Positions 1-7,818 are shown, counted from the first letter of the stretch. The stretch: 29,882 nt of DNA from a virus (IMGVR_UViG_3300044724_002702:1-29882), one strand, 5' to 3'. The notes: generated by a model not told the origin, from the letters alone. Program-made: numbers and translations.

Positions 1-11
1 ACCCATTGTAC

Positions 12-203
12 TCAAACTTTATCATAGTCTTGTGTCTCTTTTGCTAATTGATCTAAACACCATTCCTGTTTATGAGGTTCACACTCTTCACAGAAATGCA
101 ATCGATCTTCGTGCTCAAATCCATACTCAACAATGATGCTACAACGATTACAGAGCAAAGCACCCCGACCGTTGTTGTATCGCACATCAGCTACTTTCAT
201 CAC
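12..203 (-). CDS. hypothetical protein, possible Zn-binding (CxxC...CxxC)
   Basis: 63 aa ORF with CNRC and CEEC; overlaps the stop of the upstream ORF. Confidence 0.7.
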   Translation of the reverse strand: MMKVADVRYNNGRGALLCNRCSIIVEYGFEHEDRLHFCEECEPHKQEWCLDQLAKETQDYDKV

Positions 204-418
204 TCACCTTTCCAGTTCATCAATACTTGCAAAAGGTCAAACTCACCATGACTCAAACTGAAACGCTCAAAACCACGCTTGCGCTCGATTATAATATCGT
301 AACCTTCGCCGTTCGTCCATTCAGTAACTTCCATATAATCATGGTCACCACTGTGCATACAGTAGCCTTTGAGTTCTGCAAATACTGCTCTGCGGTTGTT
401 TATTTCAACTTTCATCAC
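200..418 (-). CDS. hypothetical phage protein
   Basis: 72 aa ORF in a tightly coupled minus-strand chain. Confidence 0.75.
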   Translation of the reverse strand: MMKVEINNRRAVFAELKGYCMHSGDHDYMEVTEWTNGEGYDIIIERKRGFERFSLSHGEFDLLQVLMNWKGE

Positions 419-627
419 TACTCCTCAACAGTATCGTATTTCTCAACATCGTCTGCGGCTAATCGCAACCACTTAGCCAACTCTTTGGGTGACTCTGCAA
501 AGATAGTCACAGCATTTTCGGTGTACGCGCCATCAAGACTAGGATACACTTCAACTAAGCCGTACTCTACTTCTTCACCGAAGTCTCTTACAAACTTCTT
601 TGCTGCATAATGCCAGCCACTCATCAC
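418..627 (-). CDS. hypothetical phage protein
   Basis: 69 aa ORF abutting neighbours on both sides. Confidence 0.7.
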   Translation of the reverse strand: MMSGWHYAAKKFVRDFGEEVEYGLVEVYPSLDGAYTENAVTIFAESPKELAKWLRLAADDVEKYDTVEE

Positions 628-849
628 TCACCATTCCTCATAAAATACTTTTTCCATCTCAAACTGAAATGGGCCTCCAGCAGTATGCCATAGATAGCAC
701 AAGCCTTCACCTTTTAGGTACTTATCATACTCAGTCTTGTTAATATAAGTACCTTCGTGAATACGAAAGTCTTTGCCACTGTTCCAGTCGGCCAGGACTT
801 CTTCTTGTGTCCAGTACTGGCGACCGTATGCAGGTTTTACATAGACCAT
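628..849 (-). CDS. hypothetical phage protein
   Basis: 73 aa ORF; GGGGAG SD; TAATG overlap with upstream small ORF. Confidence 0.75.
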   Translation of the reverse strand: MVYVKPAYGRQYWTQEEVLADWNSGKDFRIHEGTYINKTEYDKYLKGEGLCYLWHTAGGPFQFEMEKVFYEEW

Positions 850-950
850 TATACTCTCTCCCCATCAACCCAGTCAAACATCACCGTTTTAGTTTCGGTC
901 TTATAACCTATAACAAGTTTTGTTATCTCGCAGTAAATAAGTTCGACCAC
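849..950 (-). CDS. small hypothetical protein (33 aa, not in ORF track)
   Basis: GTG start after GGAG SD, first ORF after promoter 983-1011; VVELIYCEITKLVIGYKTETKTVMFDWVDGERV; TAATG-coupled to next gene. Confidence 0.6.
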   Translation of the reverse strand: MVELIYCEITKLVIGYKTETKTVMFDWVDGERV

Positions 951-982
951 AGTGTTTTCTCCTTAAATTTCCAGTTACATAT

Positions 983-1011
983 ATTATACTTGATAGCAAC
1001 TAAAAAGTCAA
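983..1011 (-). promoter_or_regulatory. sigma70-type promoter
   Basis: minus strand TTGACT-17 bp-TATAAT preceded by AAAAAATATTTC. Confidence 0.85.
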
Positions 1012-1030
1012 GAAATATTTTTTCTCGGGC

Positions 1031-1070
1031 ATAAAAAATCCCCGAGTAAGATGGGCTTACTCAGGGATTT
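1031..1070 (-). terminator. intrinsic terminator
   Basis: minus strand AAATCCCTGAGTAAG-CCCAT-CTTACTCGGGGATTT running into a T-tract; U-G pair only on the minus strand. Confidence 0.85.
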
Positions 1071-1517
1071 AAAAAGATTGCTGTCTTTTTAATAATGATA
1101 CAGAACCCTCCACCTATTCCTGTATCCTCAGTTGTAGAGCTTCGCGAAAGCCTCGACAAACAGAGCCAGTTTTTCGATTTGTTAAGGGGGATAGAAAAAC
1201 CACAAAAAAGGTTACCCCCGCGATAGTGGATGCTATTGCTCATATGACCCCGAGTACGAGCGGTCACTCCTCGGCACTTGTTCCTCAGTTGTGCTGCTGA
1301 GACTCCTTGTTATCGTACAGAAGGAACGTTCAACCGTAAACTGCGTTGAACCCAGTGACGAAGTATATGTGCTACGTCTCACAGTGGTGAAGGCGCTACC
1401 TCCACTCCATAACTCGCGTTATGACAATAGGGTCGACGAGGAACCGAGGCGAGGACTGGAAGCCCCGGGTTTTAGGAGTGTCGTCTTAAACCTCACGCAA
1501 TACTCTCCCCATCGAAT
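1031..1517 (-). ncRNA. candidate large structured non-coding RNA (~485 nt), family unrecognised
   Basis: bounded by promoter 1524-1552 and terminator 1031-1070; about ten local hairpins plus long-range complementarity; no ORF that resembles a protein. Confidence 0.7.
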
Positions 1518-1523
1518 ATAAAT

Positions 1524-1552
1524 ATTATAAAGGCTGGAGCTGAGAAAGTCAA
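1524..1552 (-). promoter_or_regulatory. sigma70-type promoter driving the candidate ncRNA
   Basis: minus strand AAAAAATAATTC-TTGACT-17 bp-TATAAT. Confidence 0.9.
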
Positions 1553-1737
1553 GAATTATTTTTTGTCAAGGTACAAATTTTTTGAAAATGCTTATGTCGT
1601 CTCTCTTTATCGTTGTACTCCATTACTAGCCCATCAGCGTTCACATGAAGGCGTATTGGAAAATCTTCAGAGGCTTCCTGCAGTAAGAAACCAATTCTAT
1701 CTGCCACACAACCCGGGTCTTCAACTACAGTTTTCAT
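1549..1737 (-). CDS. hypothetical protein
   Basis: 62 aa ORF; ATGA overlap with upstream gene, GAGGA SD; stop lies inside the promoter -35 box. Confidence 0.6.
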   Translation of the reverse strand: MKTVVEDPGCVADRIGFLLQEASEDFPIRLHVNADGLVMEYNDKERRHKHFQKICTLTKNNS

Positions 1738-2021
1738 TCGAATATATCCTCTAGGTTTTTGTCAGTACCAGACAGCTTACGATACTGGTGATATTCTCTA
1801 CAAACTTCTTCAAAGGTATACCACATATGATCAAACTTCACATCATAGAGTTCCTTAATTGCAAAGTATTTATTCATAAGTGCGTCTGCAACTTTTGGAT
1901 CCATACCTTCCCAAGCAGGGTCATCTATGAAGTGTTTTGTAATTAGGTCTATATCGTTTACTACGTTCCAGCAACCCATAATTTCCTGTTCTAACTCAAG
2001 TATTTTCACGATTTTCTCCAT
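1734..2021 (-). CDS. hypothetical phage protein
   Basis: 95 aa acidic helical ORF coupled to neighbours. Confidence 0.75.
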   Translation of the reverse strand: MEKIVKILELEQEIMGCWNVVNDIDLITKHFIDDPAWEGMDPKVADALMNKYFAIKELYDVKFDHMWYTFEEVCREYHQYRKLSGTDKNLEDIFE

Positions 2022-2436
2022 AATATTTATTCATAAGTCTCTGCTCAGAGGCCCTCGCCTCAACTTCCCACGGACAGTTCCAGTACTCACCACTTGGTAA
2101 ATCATAGTAGTGACCCGCATATTTTGCACGAGTAATATCATCCAGACGCAAACCTTCGTAAACGTGCTGGTGTACATGAGTAAGTTCGTGAAAAAGTGTA
2201 GAAATTGTTCTGGAGATGCTCATACCAGAGTGTAGCCATACACAATAATTCTGATTATCGAGCATTGAACAGCTACCATAAGTATCATCGGAAGAACCAA
2301 CCATACGTATGGTAACTGTTATGGGAAGAGTTCTTAGCTCTAGCTTACGAACAGCCCACTGGCCAGCCGCTTTCACGGCAGATCGCTTCGCTGTAGACCA
2401 AGAACCTTTTGCTTTTGCTTTGAATTTTAAACGCAT
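1996..2436 (-). CDS. putative zinc metallopeptidase-domain protein (HExxH)
   Basis: TLFHELTHVHQ plus downstream PWEVEA; start corrected to ATG 2436 (GGAGG SD at 2441-2445) because the track's start is the promoter -35 box. Confidence 0.75.
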   Translation of the reverse strand: MRLKFKAKAKGSWSTAKRSAVKAAGQWAVRKLELRTLPITVTIRMVGSSDDTYGSCSMLDNQNYCVWLHSGMSISRTISTLFHELTHVHQHVYEGLRLDDITRAKYAGHYYDLPSGEYWNCPWEVEARASEQRLMNKYYGENRENT

Positions 2437-2455
2437 ATTTCCTCCAGTTGCACAT

Positions 2456-2484
2456 ATTATACAGCCTGGAGGAAAATATGTCAA
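2456..2484 (-). promoter_or_regulatory. sigma70-type promoter
   Basis: minus strand TTGACA-17 bp-TATAAT, perfect consensus. Confidence 0.9.
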
Positions 2485-2622
2485 TCATTTTTTACGACCT
2501 TTGCGCTTTTTGTATCCACTCGCGTATGCAGCCCGGGCCTGCTTTGCAGCAGCTTTTCGAGTCTTATAGACCTTGCCCTTACTGCCCCAGCGATATCCGC
2601 CCTTAACTTTCCGAATTGGCAT
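2485..2622 (-). CDS. small highly basic protein (45 aa, not in ORF track)
   Basis: MPIRKVKGGYRWGSKGKVYKTRKAAAKQARAAYASGYKKRKGRKK; GAGGA SD; fills the gap between the lipoprotein gene and the next promoter. Confidence 0.8.
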   Translation of the reverse strand: MPIRKVKGGYRWGSKGKVYKTRKAAAKQARAAYASGYKKRKGRKK

Positions 2623-3043
2623 TCTGAGCTTCCTCTAGTTCTTCATTGCGTTCAAGCCAGTCTTCAGCATCTGTATCCTCGTCCTCTTGAGTAGCTTTAC
2701 GATAGTACAGTATAATTTCTTTCTGCTGTCGAATGTAACGACGAATCTCTTGTAAGTTATAGGCCATATTCTCATATGCTTGAGGAGTAAGGCCAAATAG
2801 TACATAAGTACCGTCCTGGAGCTTCTCGAGCTTTTCTACTTGCTCTTCGAAGTTTTTCTCAGTAACTACAAAAAATTCCACGTCTTGCAACGAAATTTCT
2901 TTTGGTAACGGTGGCTGGTAGATTTCCAGAGTTTTAAATTCAGTAACAGTACGAATTATAGGCTCTGGAGGACTAGCAGGAGGTGGCTGAAGCATGGAAC
3001 AACCAGTAAGAAATACTAGTAAAAGACTACTGGCTATCCGCAT
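2603..3043 (-). CDS. lipoprotein, putative o-spanin (Rz1-like)
   Basis: lipobox LLVFLTG-C, Pro-rich linker, C-terminal helix; overlaps end of i-spanin-like gene. Confidence 0.65.
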   Translation of the reverse strand: MRIASSLLLVFLTGCSMLQPPPASPPEPIIRTVTEFKTLEIYQPPLPKEISLQDVEFFVVTEKNFEEQVEKLEKLQDGTYVLFGLTPQAYENMAYNLQEIRRYIRQQKEIILYYRKATQEDEDTDAEDWLERNEELEEAQNANSES

Positions 3044-3449
3044 TTTGGACCTCCTGACTATCTGTCTCGATAGAACGGAAAACTTCCGCAGTACCGTTGT
3101 TAATTCGTGGCTCGATCATCCCCGGACGCAGACGCGCCAGCTTCGTCAAGTTATGGCGACGAAAGATAGATAAGTAGTCATCCATCTCTGCTTGCATCGC
3201 TGTGTTCTTTTCGGTAAGCTCACCCACAGCCTTGAGCTGCGTCTGGAGATTTTGTTCCGCTTGTTGTCGAGAAGTCTGCTCGGTTTCAAGCGCAGTTTCG
3301 AGTCGAATTTGATTATTTTTGAGAGTGACTTTATCAGCCTCAAGTTGAGCAATAGCAGTTTCTAGCCGTGAAACTGTTACTGTGTGATAGCCCCATGCAC
3401 CACCCGCTAGTACGAGTAGTAGAGGCAGCATTTTTATCATTCCTAGCAT
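3027..3449 (-). CDS. putative i-spanin (Rz-like)
   Basis: N-terminal TM helix followed by long coiled coil, directly upstream of a lipoprotein gene. Confidence 0.65.
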   Translation of the reverse strand: MLGMIKMLPLLLVLAGGAWGYHTVTVSRLETAIAQLEADKVTLKNNQIRLETALETEQTSRQQAEQNLQTQLKAVGELTEKNTAMQAEMDDYLSIFRRHNLTKLARLRPGMIEPRINNGTAEVFRSIETDSQEVQNADSQ

Positions 3450-3658
3450 TATCGCACCTGCCTTATTTGATAATTGAATTTGTCTTGAGTTTTAAGTTCG
3501 AAATTCTCTTTAGTTACGAGTCGACCCTTTAAAACAGTTGGTGTTACTTCTTCAAGGTATTTGAAGCGGTACACTGTTTTCTTTGTAGGATCATACCAAA
3601 TGGTAACCTCGTACTCATCAAAGAATAGACTTAAAAACGAGTACCATAGATCTTTCAT
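3449..3658 (-). CDS. hypothetical protein
   Basis: 69 aa ORF coupled at both ends. Confidence 0.7.
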   Translation of the reverse strand: MKDLWYSFLSLFFDEYEVTIWYDPTKKTVYRFKYLEEVTPTVLKGRLVTKENFELKTQDKFNYQIRQVR

Positions 3659-3834
3659 AATGCACTCAGTATAGTTTGAATAGCAGTTAAAGTTTTACCT
3701 TGTATTTTCATAAACTCGGCATCTTCACTGATCCGTTCCATACGTTGAATATCTAGTAAGATTTCTTTATACTCTTTCTTCGATATTTCCTGTGTGGCGT
3801 ATGCTATCTGAGCTTCTGCTAATAGTTCGTCCAT
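3655..3834 (-). CDS. hypothetical protein
   Basis: likely start ATG 3834 (TAATG overlap, GGAGG SD). Confidence 0.65.
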   Translation of the reverse strand: MDELLAEAQIAYATQEISKKEYKEILLDIQRMERISEDAEFMKIQGKTLTAIQTILSAL

Positions 3835-4184
3835 TAGAACCTCCACATTACAGCATTTGCTATGTCAGCAGTTTGCTGTTCTAGTATTTTTCTTTTAAGT
3901 TTACATAAAGAAGGATTGAGATTTTCTTTATCTAAACCACTTACCGTTTCTTTTAAGAGAGTTATCATCTCTGTAAGATCCTTTGATTCTTTACTCTCTG
4001 AGTAGAAAGCAAGCATATCAACTGAATCTTTTAGTGCTTCAACCCCGGGTTTCGGGTTGTCACAATTTAGTCGGTCTACATAAAAACGAGCCTCCACTGC
4101 TAGTAGAGACTCGTTAGAGTCGTAGAAGCTCGGGACGCCAGAGCATCCCGTTAATAGTAGTAAACTAAGTGCCCAAGCTCTCAT
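3834..4184 (-). CDS. putative lipoprotein
   Basis: lipobox LLLLTG-C after short basic N-terminus; two further Cys. Confidence 0.7.
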   Translation of the reverse strand: MRAWALSLLLLTGCSGVPSFYDSNESLLAVEARFYVDRLNCDNPKPGVEALKDSVDMLAFYSESKESKDLTEMITLLKETVSGLDKENLNPSLCKLKRKILEQQTADIANAVMWRF

Positions 4185-4507
4185 TTCTTACCAAACGCCT
4201 GAGTGCCAAAGAAGGCAGCAACTAATGCAGCTACAGAAACAAAATATGTTGGAGCCATGTCACCGAGAATCTTTGATGCTTGGTCAAGACCAACTCCATC
4301 AGCAAGTACAACAGCGAAAGGATACAGTAGCATTCCAAACAATGCAAACCATGTCATATTGCGTTGTGCGTCACGCATAGCATCGAGATCTTCAAGCTCT
4401 TTGCGCTTGAACTCAAGATACATTGCTTCTTCTTCTTTACTAACGTGGCCATCGCCATTAGTATCTGCAGGATGGTAGTGTCCACCATTAATTTCTTCTT
4501 CTGACAT
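4181..4507 (-). CDS. holin-like two-TM membrane protein with EF-hand-type loop
   Basis: DTNGDGHVSKEE loop, two hydrophobic helices, basic C-terminus; near spanin-like genes. Confidence 0.55.
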   Translation of the reverse strand: MSEEEINGGHYHPADTNGDGHVSKEEEAMYLEFKRKELEDLDAMRDAQRNMTWFALFGMLLYPFAVVLADGVGLDQASKILGDMAPTYFVSVAALVAAFFGTQAFGKK

Positions 4508-4510
4508 AGA

Positions 4511-4711
4511 TTACTCCTCTTTATCAAGCTCTTCCCAATCTGAAGGGAATACATAAGCTAAGTAGCCTTTATGTATTAATACTTTATGCCCGTCTGGTCG
4601 AAACACTTCTATAAAACTAGTTTTATCGTCTAAAATTCCTTTAATATCTTCAGAGTCAATCATAGCAAGCATTTTAGAGCCATCATTCATAAGTAGTTTT
4701 ACTTTTTTCAT
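4511..4711 (-). CDS. hypothetical protein
   Basis: 66 aa ORF packed within the operon. Confidence 0.65.
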   Translation of the reverse strand: MKKVKLLMNDGSKMLAMIDSEDIKGILDDKTSFIEVFRPDGHKVLIHKGYLAYVFPSDWEELDKEE

Positions 4712-4713
4712 AA

Positions 4714-5172
4714 TTAGTTCGCCAATGGATTGTCTAAAAAGTTTTGTATTTTTTGATTTAGACGATCTTCCAGGGCTTTTAATTTCAGCTCCGTGTCATT
4801 GTACAGGCTATCTCTTTTATTATCAAATCTTTCAGAAGCTGTATCAATAGTTTCATTGACTTCATTTTCCATACTTCGTACCATGTCCTCCACTCGGTCG
4901 ACATTTGCTTCCATACGGTTAAAGTCATCACGCAAATCATTTTTAATGCTGCGTGAGTAATCAATTGCTTCATCAAGTTTTGTTATTACGAGAGCATTTT
5001 CAGCTTTTATTGCGTCTACATCAATATTCTGAACAATTTCTTTCATGTCCGTGTAGTCTTTGTAAAATTCAAAGACTGCCCAAGACGAACCTCCTAGCGT
5101 AGACAAGGCAGTAAGCAAGATCATCATCTTACCGCCCTTGAAGGTCATTCCGGCAAATTCAACTTCTGCCAT
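4714..5172 (-). CDS. membrane-anchored coiled-coil protein
   Basis: hydrophobic N-terminal segment then heptad-rich helix; GAGGTG SD. Confidence 0.75.
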   Translation of the reverse strand: MAEVEFAGMTFKGGKMMILLTALSTLGGSSWAVFEFYKDYTDMKEIVQNIDVDAIKAENALVITKLDEAIDYSRSIKNDLRDDFNRMEANVDRVEDMVRSMENEVNETIDTASERFDNKRDSLYNDTELKLKALEDRLNQKIQNFLDNPLAN

Positions 5173-5180
5173 ATTTCACC

Positions 5181-5597
5181 TCAATTTTCGAACGACAAGT
5201 TCCTTAGATTTGCTATTTCTTGACGAAGTTTTTGAAGCTCCAGCTCTCTACGTTCTAATTCTAAAACATAAAGACGGTTGCAGTTTATTCTTTCTTTGGG
5301 TGCTCCAATCGGTATGGTTATCCTTCCATAGACTCCCACGTCGCGAACAAAATCATTGTTATCATAACCTGGTGGCAATCCATTTAGCCCATATGAATCA
5401 TAAGGGCCATTTTCGTTCAGTATACCAACTACTCCAAACTCAACATTTGTAGCAGATCCGATAGACATAGAACAGTCCAGGTCTCCTGACCTAATTCTAT
5501 CAGACTGAAAAGTACGAGGCGATGAAGGCAGGTTCAGATTAAGGCTCTGAGCCACTGCCATATTGCTTAGTAATAGTAGTAAAAATAAGTATTTCAT
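5181..5597 (-). CDS. secreted protein with C-terminal coiled coil
   Basis: start MKYLFLLLLLSNMAVA (signal peptide, ATGA overlap); two Cys; C-terminal coiled coil. Confidence 0.75.
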   Translation of the reverse strand: MKYLFLLLLLSNMAVAQSLNLNLPSSPRTFQSDRIRSGDLDCSMSIGSATNVEFGVVGILNENGPYDSYGLNGLPPGYDNNDFVRDVGVYGRITIPIGAPKERINCNRLYVLELERRELELQKLRQEIANLRNLSFEN

Positions 5598-5968
5598 TTC
5601 ACTCTTGAACAAATCTTAGAAGAAACAGCAGATACCTGCTCTTGTCCTCTACTGATTTTTGACTCGGAGCATATATACGTTACTAGGCTTCCTCGTGGAA
5701 AGTATACGTCAATTGTTTCTTTTTTCAAGTACTCGATCTTAAAAATATTATTAAAGTTATTAGTTGCAAAGCTAACTTTTTCCCAGCTTTCGTTAAAAGC
5801 ACTAATCTCATAATACGCTATATCTTGCCTTTTGTTAAATAGAGACATAGTAACTCTACTAACGTTGGGTATATGAGAAGGTACAATTTCCGGATAAGTA
5901 GGAGTAAACTGGTGGGCATTTGCATACCCACCATATAACAAACACAAAAATATTATTTTGCGATACAT
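5594..5968 (-). CDS. secreted beta-rich protein, possibly fimbrial chaperone-like Ig domain
   Basis: signal peptide ending ANA; pattern FTPT...VTMSLFN...YYEISAF...IFKIE...TIDV recalls the PapD N-domain; Cys pair near the C-terminus. Confidence 0.5.
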   Translation of the reverse strand: MYRKIIFLCLLYGGYANAHQFTPTYPEIVPSHIPNVSRVTMSLFNKRQDIAYYEISAFNESWEKVSFATNNFNNIFKIEYLKKETIDVYFPRGSLVTYICSESKISRGQEQVSAVSSKICSRVK

Positions 5969-6453
5969 TGAGCGTCTACCACAGCATTATAGTTTCCTGC
6001 TGGAAAAGATTTTTGATACCCGTATTCAGCAGCCGAATCTACTTTAAACCATACGCTACCTGCAATAGTTAAATCGAATTCAGTAGTATTATTATATTCG
6101 ATTTTATCCGTGTCATAGACTGACATATTTGCATCACTCAAAGAAGAAGTAGATACAGAGCCTTCCCAATTTACAACGTCATCCAAATCAGGACTAGTAG
6201 TAAACTCGGTAGGATAATCTATTCTAGCAACATAGTAATCTGCACTTACTACATCATATCGAATAATAGGAAGAACTCCACCATCAACAGGAGCCGTACT
6301 AAGACGATAGGGTGTTGGGTTACCAAACACACCAATAGTATCCGTAGTAATTACACACTTAGATTCTACTGTGCCTTCGATTGGAGTTTCAACTGCAAAA
6401 GCAGTCGTAGCACCACAAAGAAAGGCTCCAGCAATAACAGTTTTCTTAAACAT
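5953..6453 (-). CDS. secreted pilin/fimbrial-subunit-like protein
   Basis: signal peptide ending AFA; N-terminal IEGTVESKCVI and C-terminal AGNYNAVV strand, as in chaperone-usher/Csu pilins. Confidence 0.55.
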   Translation of the reverse strand: MFKKTVIAGAFLCGATTAFAVETPIEGTVESKCVITTDTIGVFGNPTPYRLSTAPVDGGVLPIIRYDVVSADYYVARIDYPTEFTTSPDLDDVVNWEGSVSTSSLSDANMSVYDTDKIEYNNTTEFDLTIAGSVWFKVDSAAEYGYQKSFPAGNYNAVVDAQCIAK

Positions 6454-6479
6454 TTCTGACCTCATTTAGTCTTTGGTAA

Positions 6480-7343
6480 TTAATTACCATACTGAGATTG
6501 AACCATCTCTTCATGTAGCTTTTGTTGGGCAAAACCAACTCTAGCGCCTCTATTATTATCTGGTAGTTCACTATCCTGAAGCCGTATAGTTTCTTCGTAG
6601 GAACCACCCTCGAGTGCAGAGTAGTATACTGGTGGAATGTAATTCATAGCCATTAACTCAGCATATCTAGCTGCTGCTTGGGCATCAACCAGTACTGCAT
6701 TGATACCCCCTAAAAATTTTTCCAAGTCTGAGGTTACTTTTACCAATCTTTCCCTGTCTTGGTTTTCTTCGTCACTTTTATCTTTCTCAGCTTTTCTTTC
6801 TAGCTCAGCTTGAATTAGTTCATCCTCTAAAGGATCTTTTACATACTCTTGACCGTCTGTAAGGGTAAGTAGAAATTCATCTTTATACCCCGGGCAAGAA
6901 GGGTTGCTCTGAGGATCAAAGCAGGGATCATATTGATAATTGTAAATTACAGTAGGCTCTATTACAGTACCGAACCCTTCGACTTCTATTGACCCATTTC
7001 CCCACAACTCAAGAGGTATCCCAGATAAAGGAACAAGTTTATTTATTGTATTCCCTGGCTTACCAGTCCAATCATCAGCTTCCCTAAAAACATATCCAGG
7101 TGCTTGTAGGTTTTCATTCTGCACATAAACTATCATGGGATCTTCAGTATTTTTAACAGTAGTATATCGGTAGATAACCCCGTTTACTACGAGACCCGCT
7201 TGTTGAGGCAATACGCTTTGCATACTCCAAGACATGCCGCCTTGCGCGGCGTTCTGAGTCTGACCATAAATAGTATCAGAGTAGGAGTAGCATGAGTAAA
7301 CTAGCGATACCACCGCCAGCGAGTAAAGTCTTATCAGAGTCAT
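6480..7343 (-). CDS. secreted/exported protein of unknown function
   Basis: signal-like N-terminus, beta-rich domain, CFDPQSNPSCPGY Cys loop, acidic helical C-terminal half. Confidence 0.75.
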   Translation of the reverse strand: MTLIRLYSLAVVSLVYSCYSYSDTIYGQTQNAAQGGMSWSMQSVLPQQAGLVVNGVIYRYTTVKNTEDPMIVYVQNENLQAPGYVFREADDWTGKPGNTINKLVPLSGIPLELWGNGSIEVEGFGTVIEPTVIYNYQYDPCFDPQSNPSCPGYKDEFLLTLTDGQEYVKDPLEDELIQAELERKAEKDKSDEENQDRERLVKVTSDLEKFLGGINAVLVDAQAAARYAELMAMNYIPPVYYSALEGGSYEETIRLQDSELPDNNRGARVGFAQQKLHEEMVQSQYGN

Positions 7344-7818
7344 CTAAAAGTACCTCTTCCTCTTCGCCAGGTGCTTGATCGCTTGCTGCCCAAGCATCAC
7401 GGGCTTCAGGACCAATTAATCCGTCATACGGACAAGGAGTACCTGCATTCATCATAGCATCAAAGACTCTTTTATCTTGACACATAACAGAAACTGCTGC
7501 TACTTTCATTCCCATGTCATAGAGAACTTTTGCATTTTTTAGTCGCTCACAGTTCATATCCCGTACAGTTTTACCTGCAGAGATGCCTAGAATCTGAGTT
7601 TGAACAGCGCCAGCAACTCCAACCGTACAAAGGTCAGAGTTTGAAAAGTTCATAGTAGGGAGTACAGCAGATGGGGGCGGAGATTCAAGAGTAGTTTTAG
7701 TTCTAGAATCAGTAGTAACATTACTATCTGTAATTGCTTCTGTTCTAATTGTGTCCTCTTGACCATAGGCTACGGTGGCTATCGCAAGTTGTAGCAGAAG
7801 AATAGTTAGCTTTTTCAT
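7276..7818 (-). CDS. secreted Cys-containing protein with C-terminal membrane anchor
   Basis: signal peptide, four Cys (DLC, NCER, MCQD, TPCP), hydrophobic tail GGGIASLLMLLLL. Confidence 0.8.
   Translation of the reverse strand: MKKLTILLLQLAIATVAYGQEDTIRTEAITDSNVTTDSRTKTTLESPPPSAVLPTMNFSNSDLCTVGVAGAVQTQILGISAGKTVRDMNCERLKNAKVLYDMGMKVAAVSVMCQDKRVFDAMMNAGTPCPYDGLIGPEARDAWAASDQAPGEEEEVLLDDSDKTLLAGGGIASLLMLLLL

Noticed and set aside
1125-1292. Hammerhead ribozyme suggested by two CUGAGGA (CUGANGA) motifs
   Set aside because: No correctly placed GAAA with stem II/III pairing could be built for either copy.
1031-1517. tRNA, tmRNA or RNase P identity for the structured RNA
   Set aside because: No cloverleaf with T-arm and CCA end, no tmRNA acceptor ends, no GAGGAAAGUCC P4 motif.
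1061-1521. ORFs 1061-1267 (-) and 1291-1521 (+) as explanations of the gap
   Set aside because: Neither looks like a protein; the plus ORF is antisense to the promoter/terminator and the minus ORF runs through the stems into the terminator. The minus ORF does have GAGGA abutting its GTG, so it is not fully excluded.
2437-2484. N-terminal extension of the HExxH protein given in the ORF track
   Set aside because: The TTG start is the -35 box of a perfect promoter; the SD-supported ATG is at 2436.
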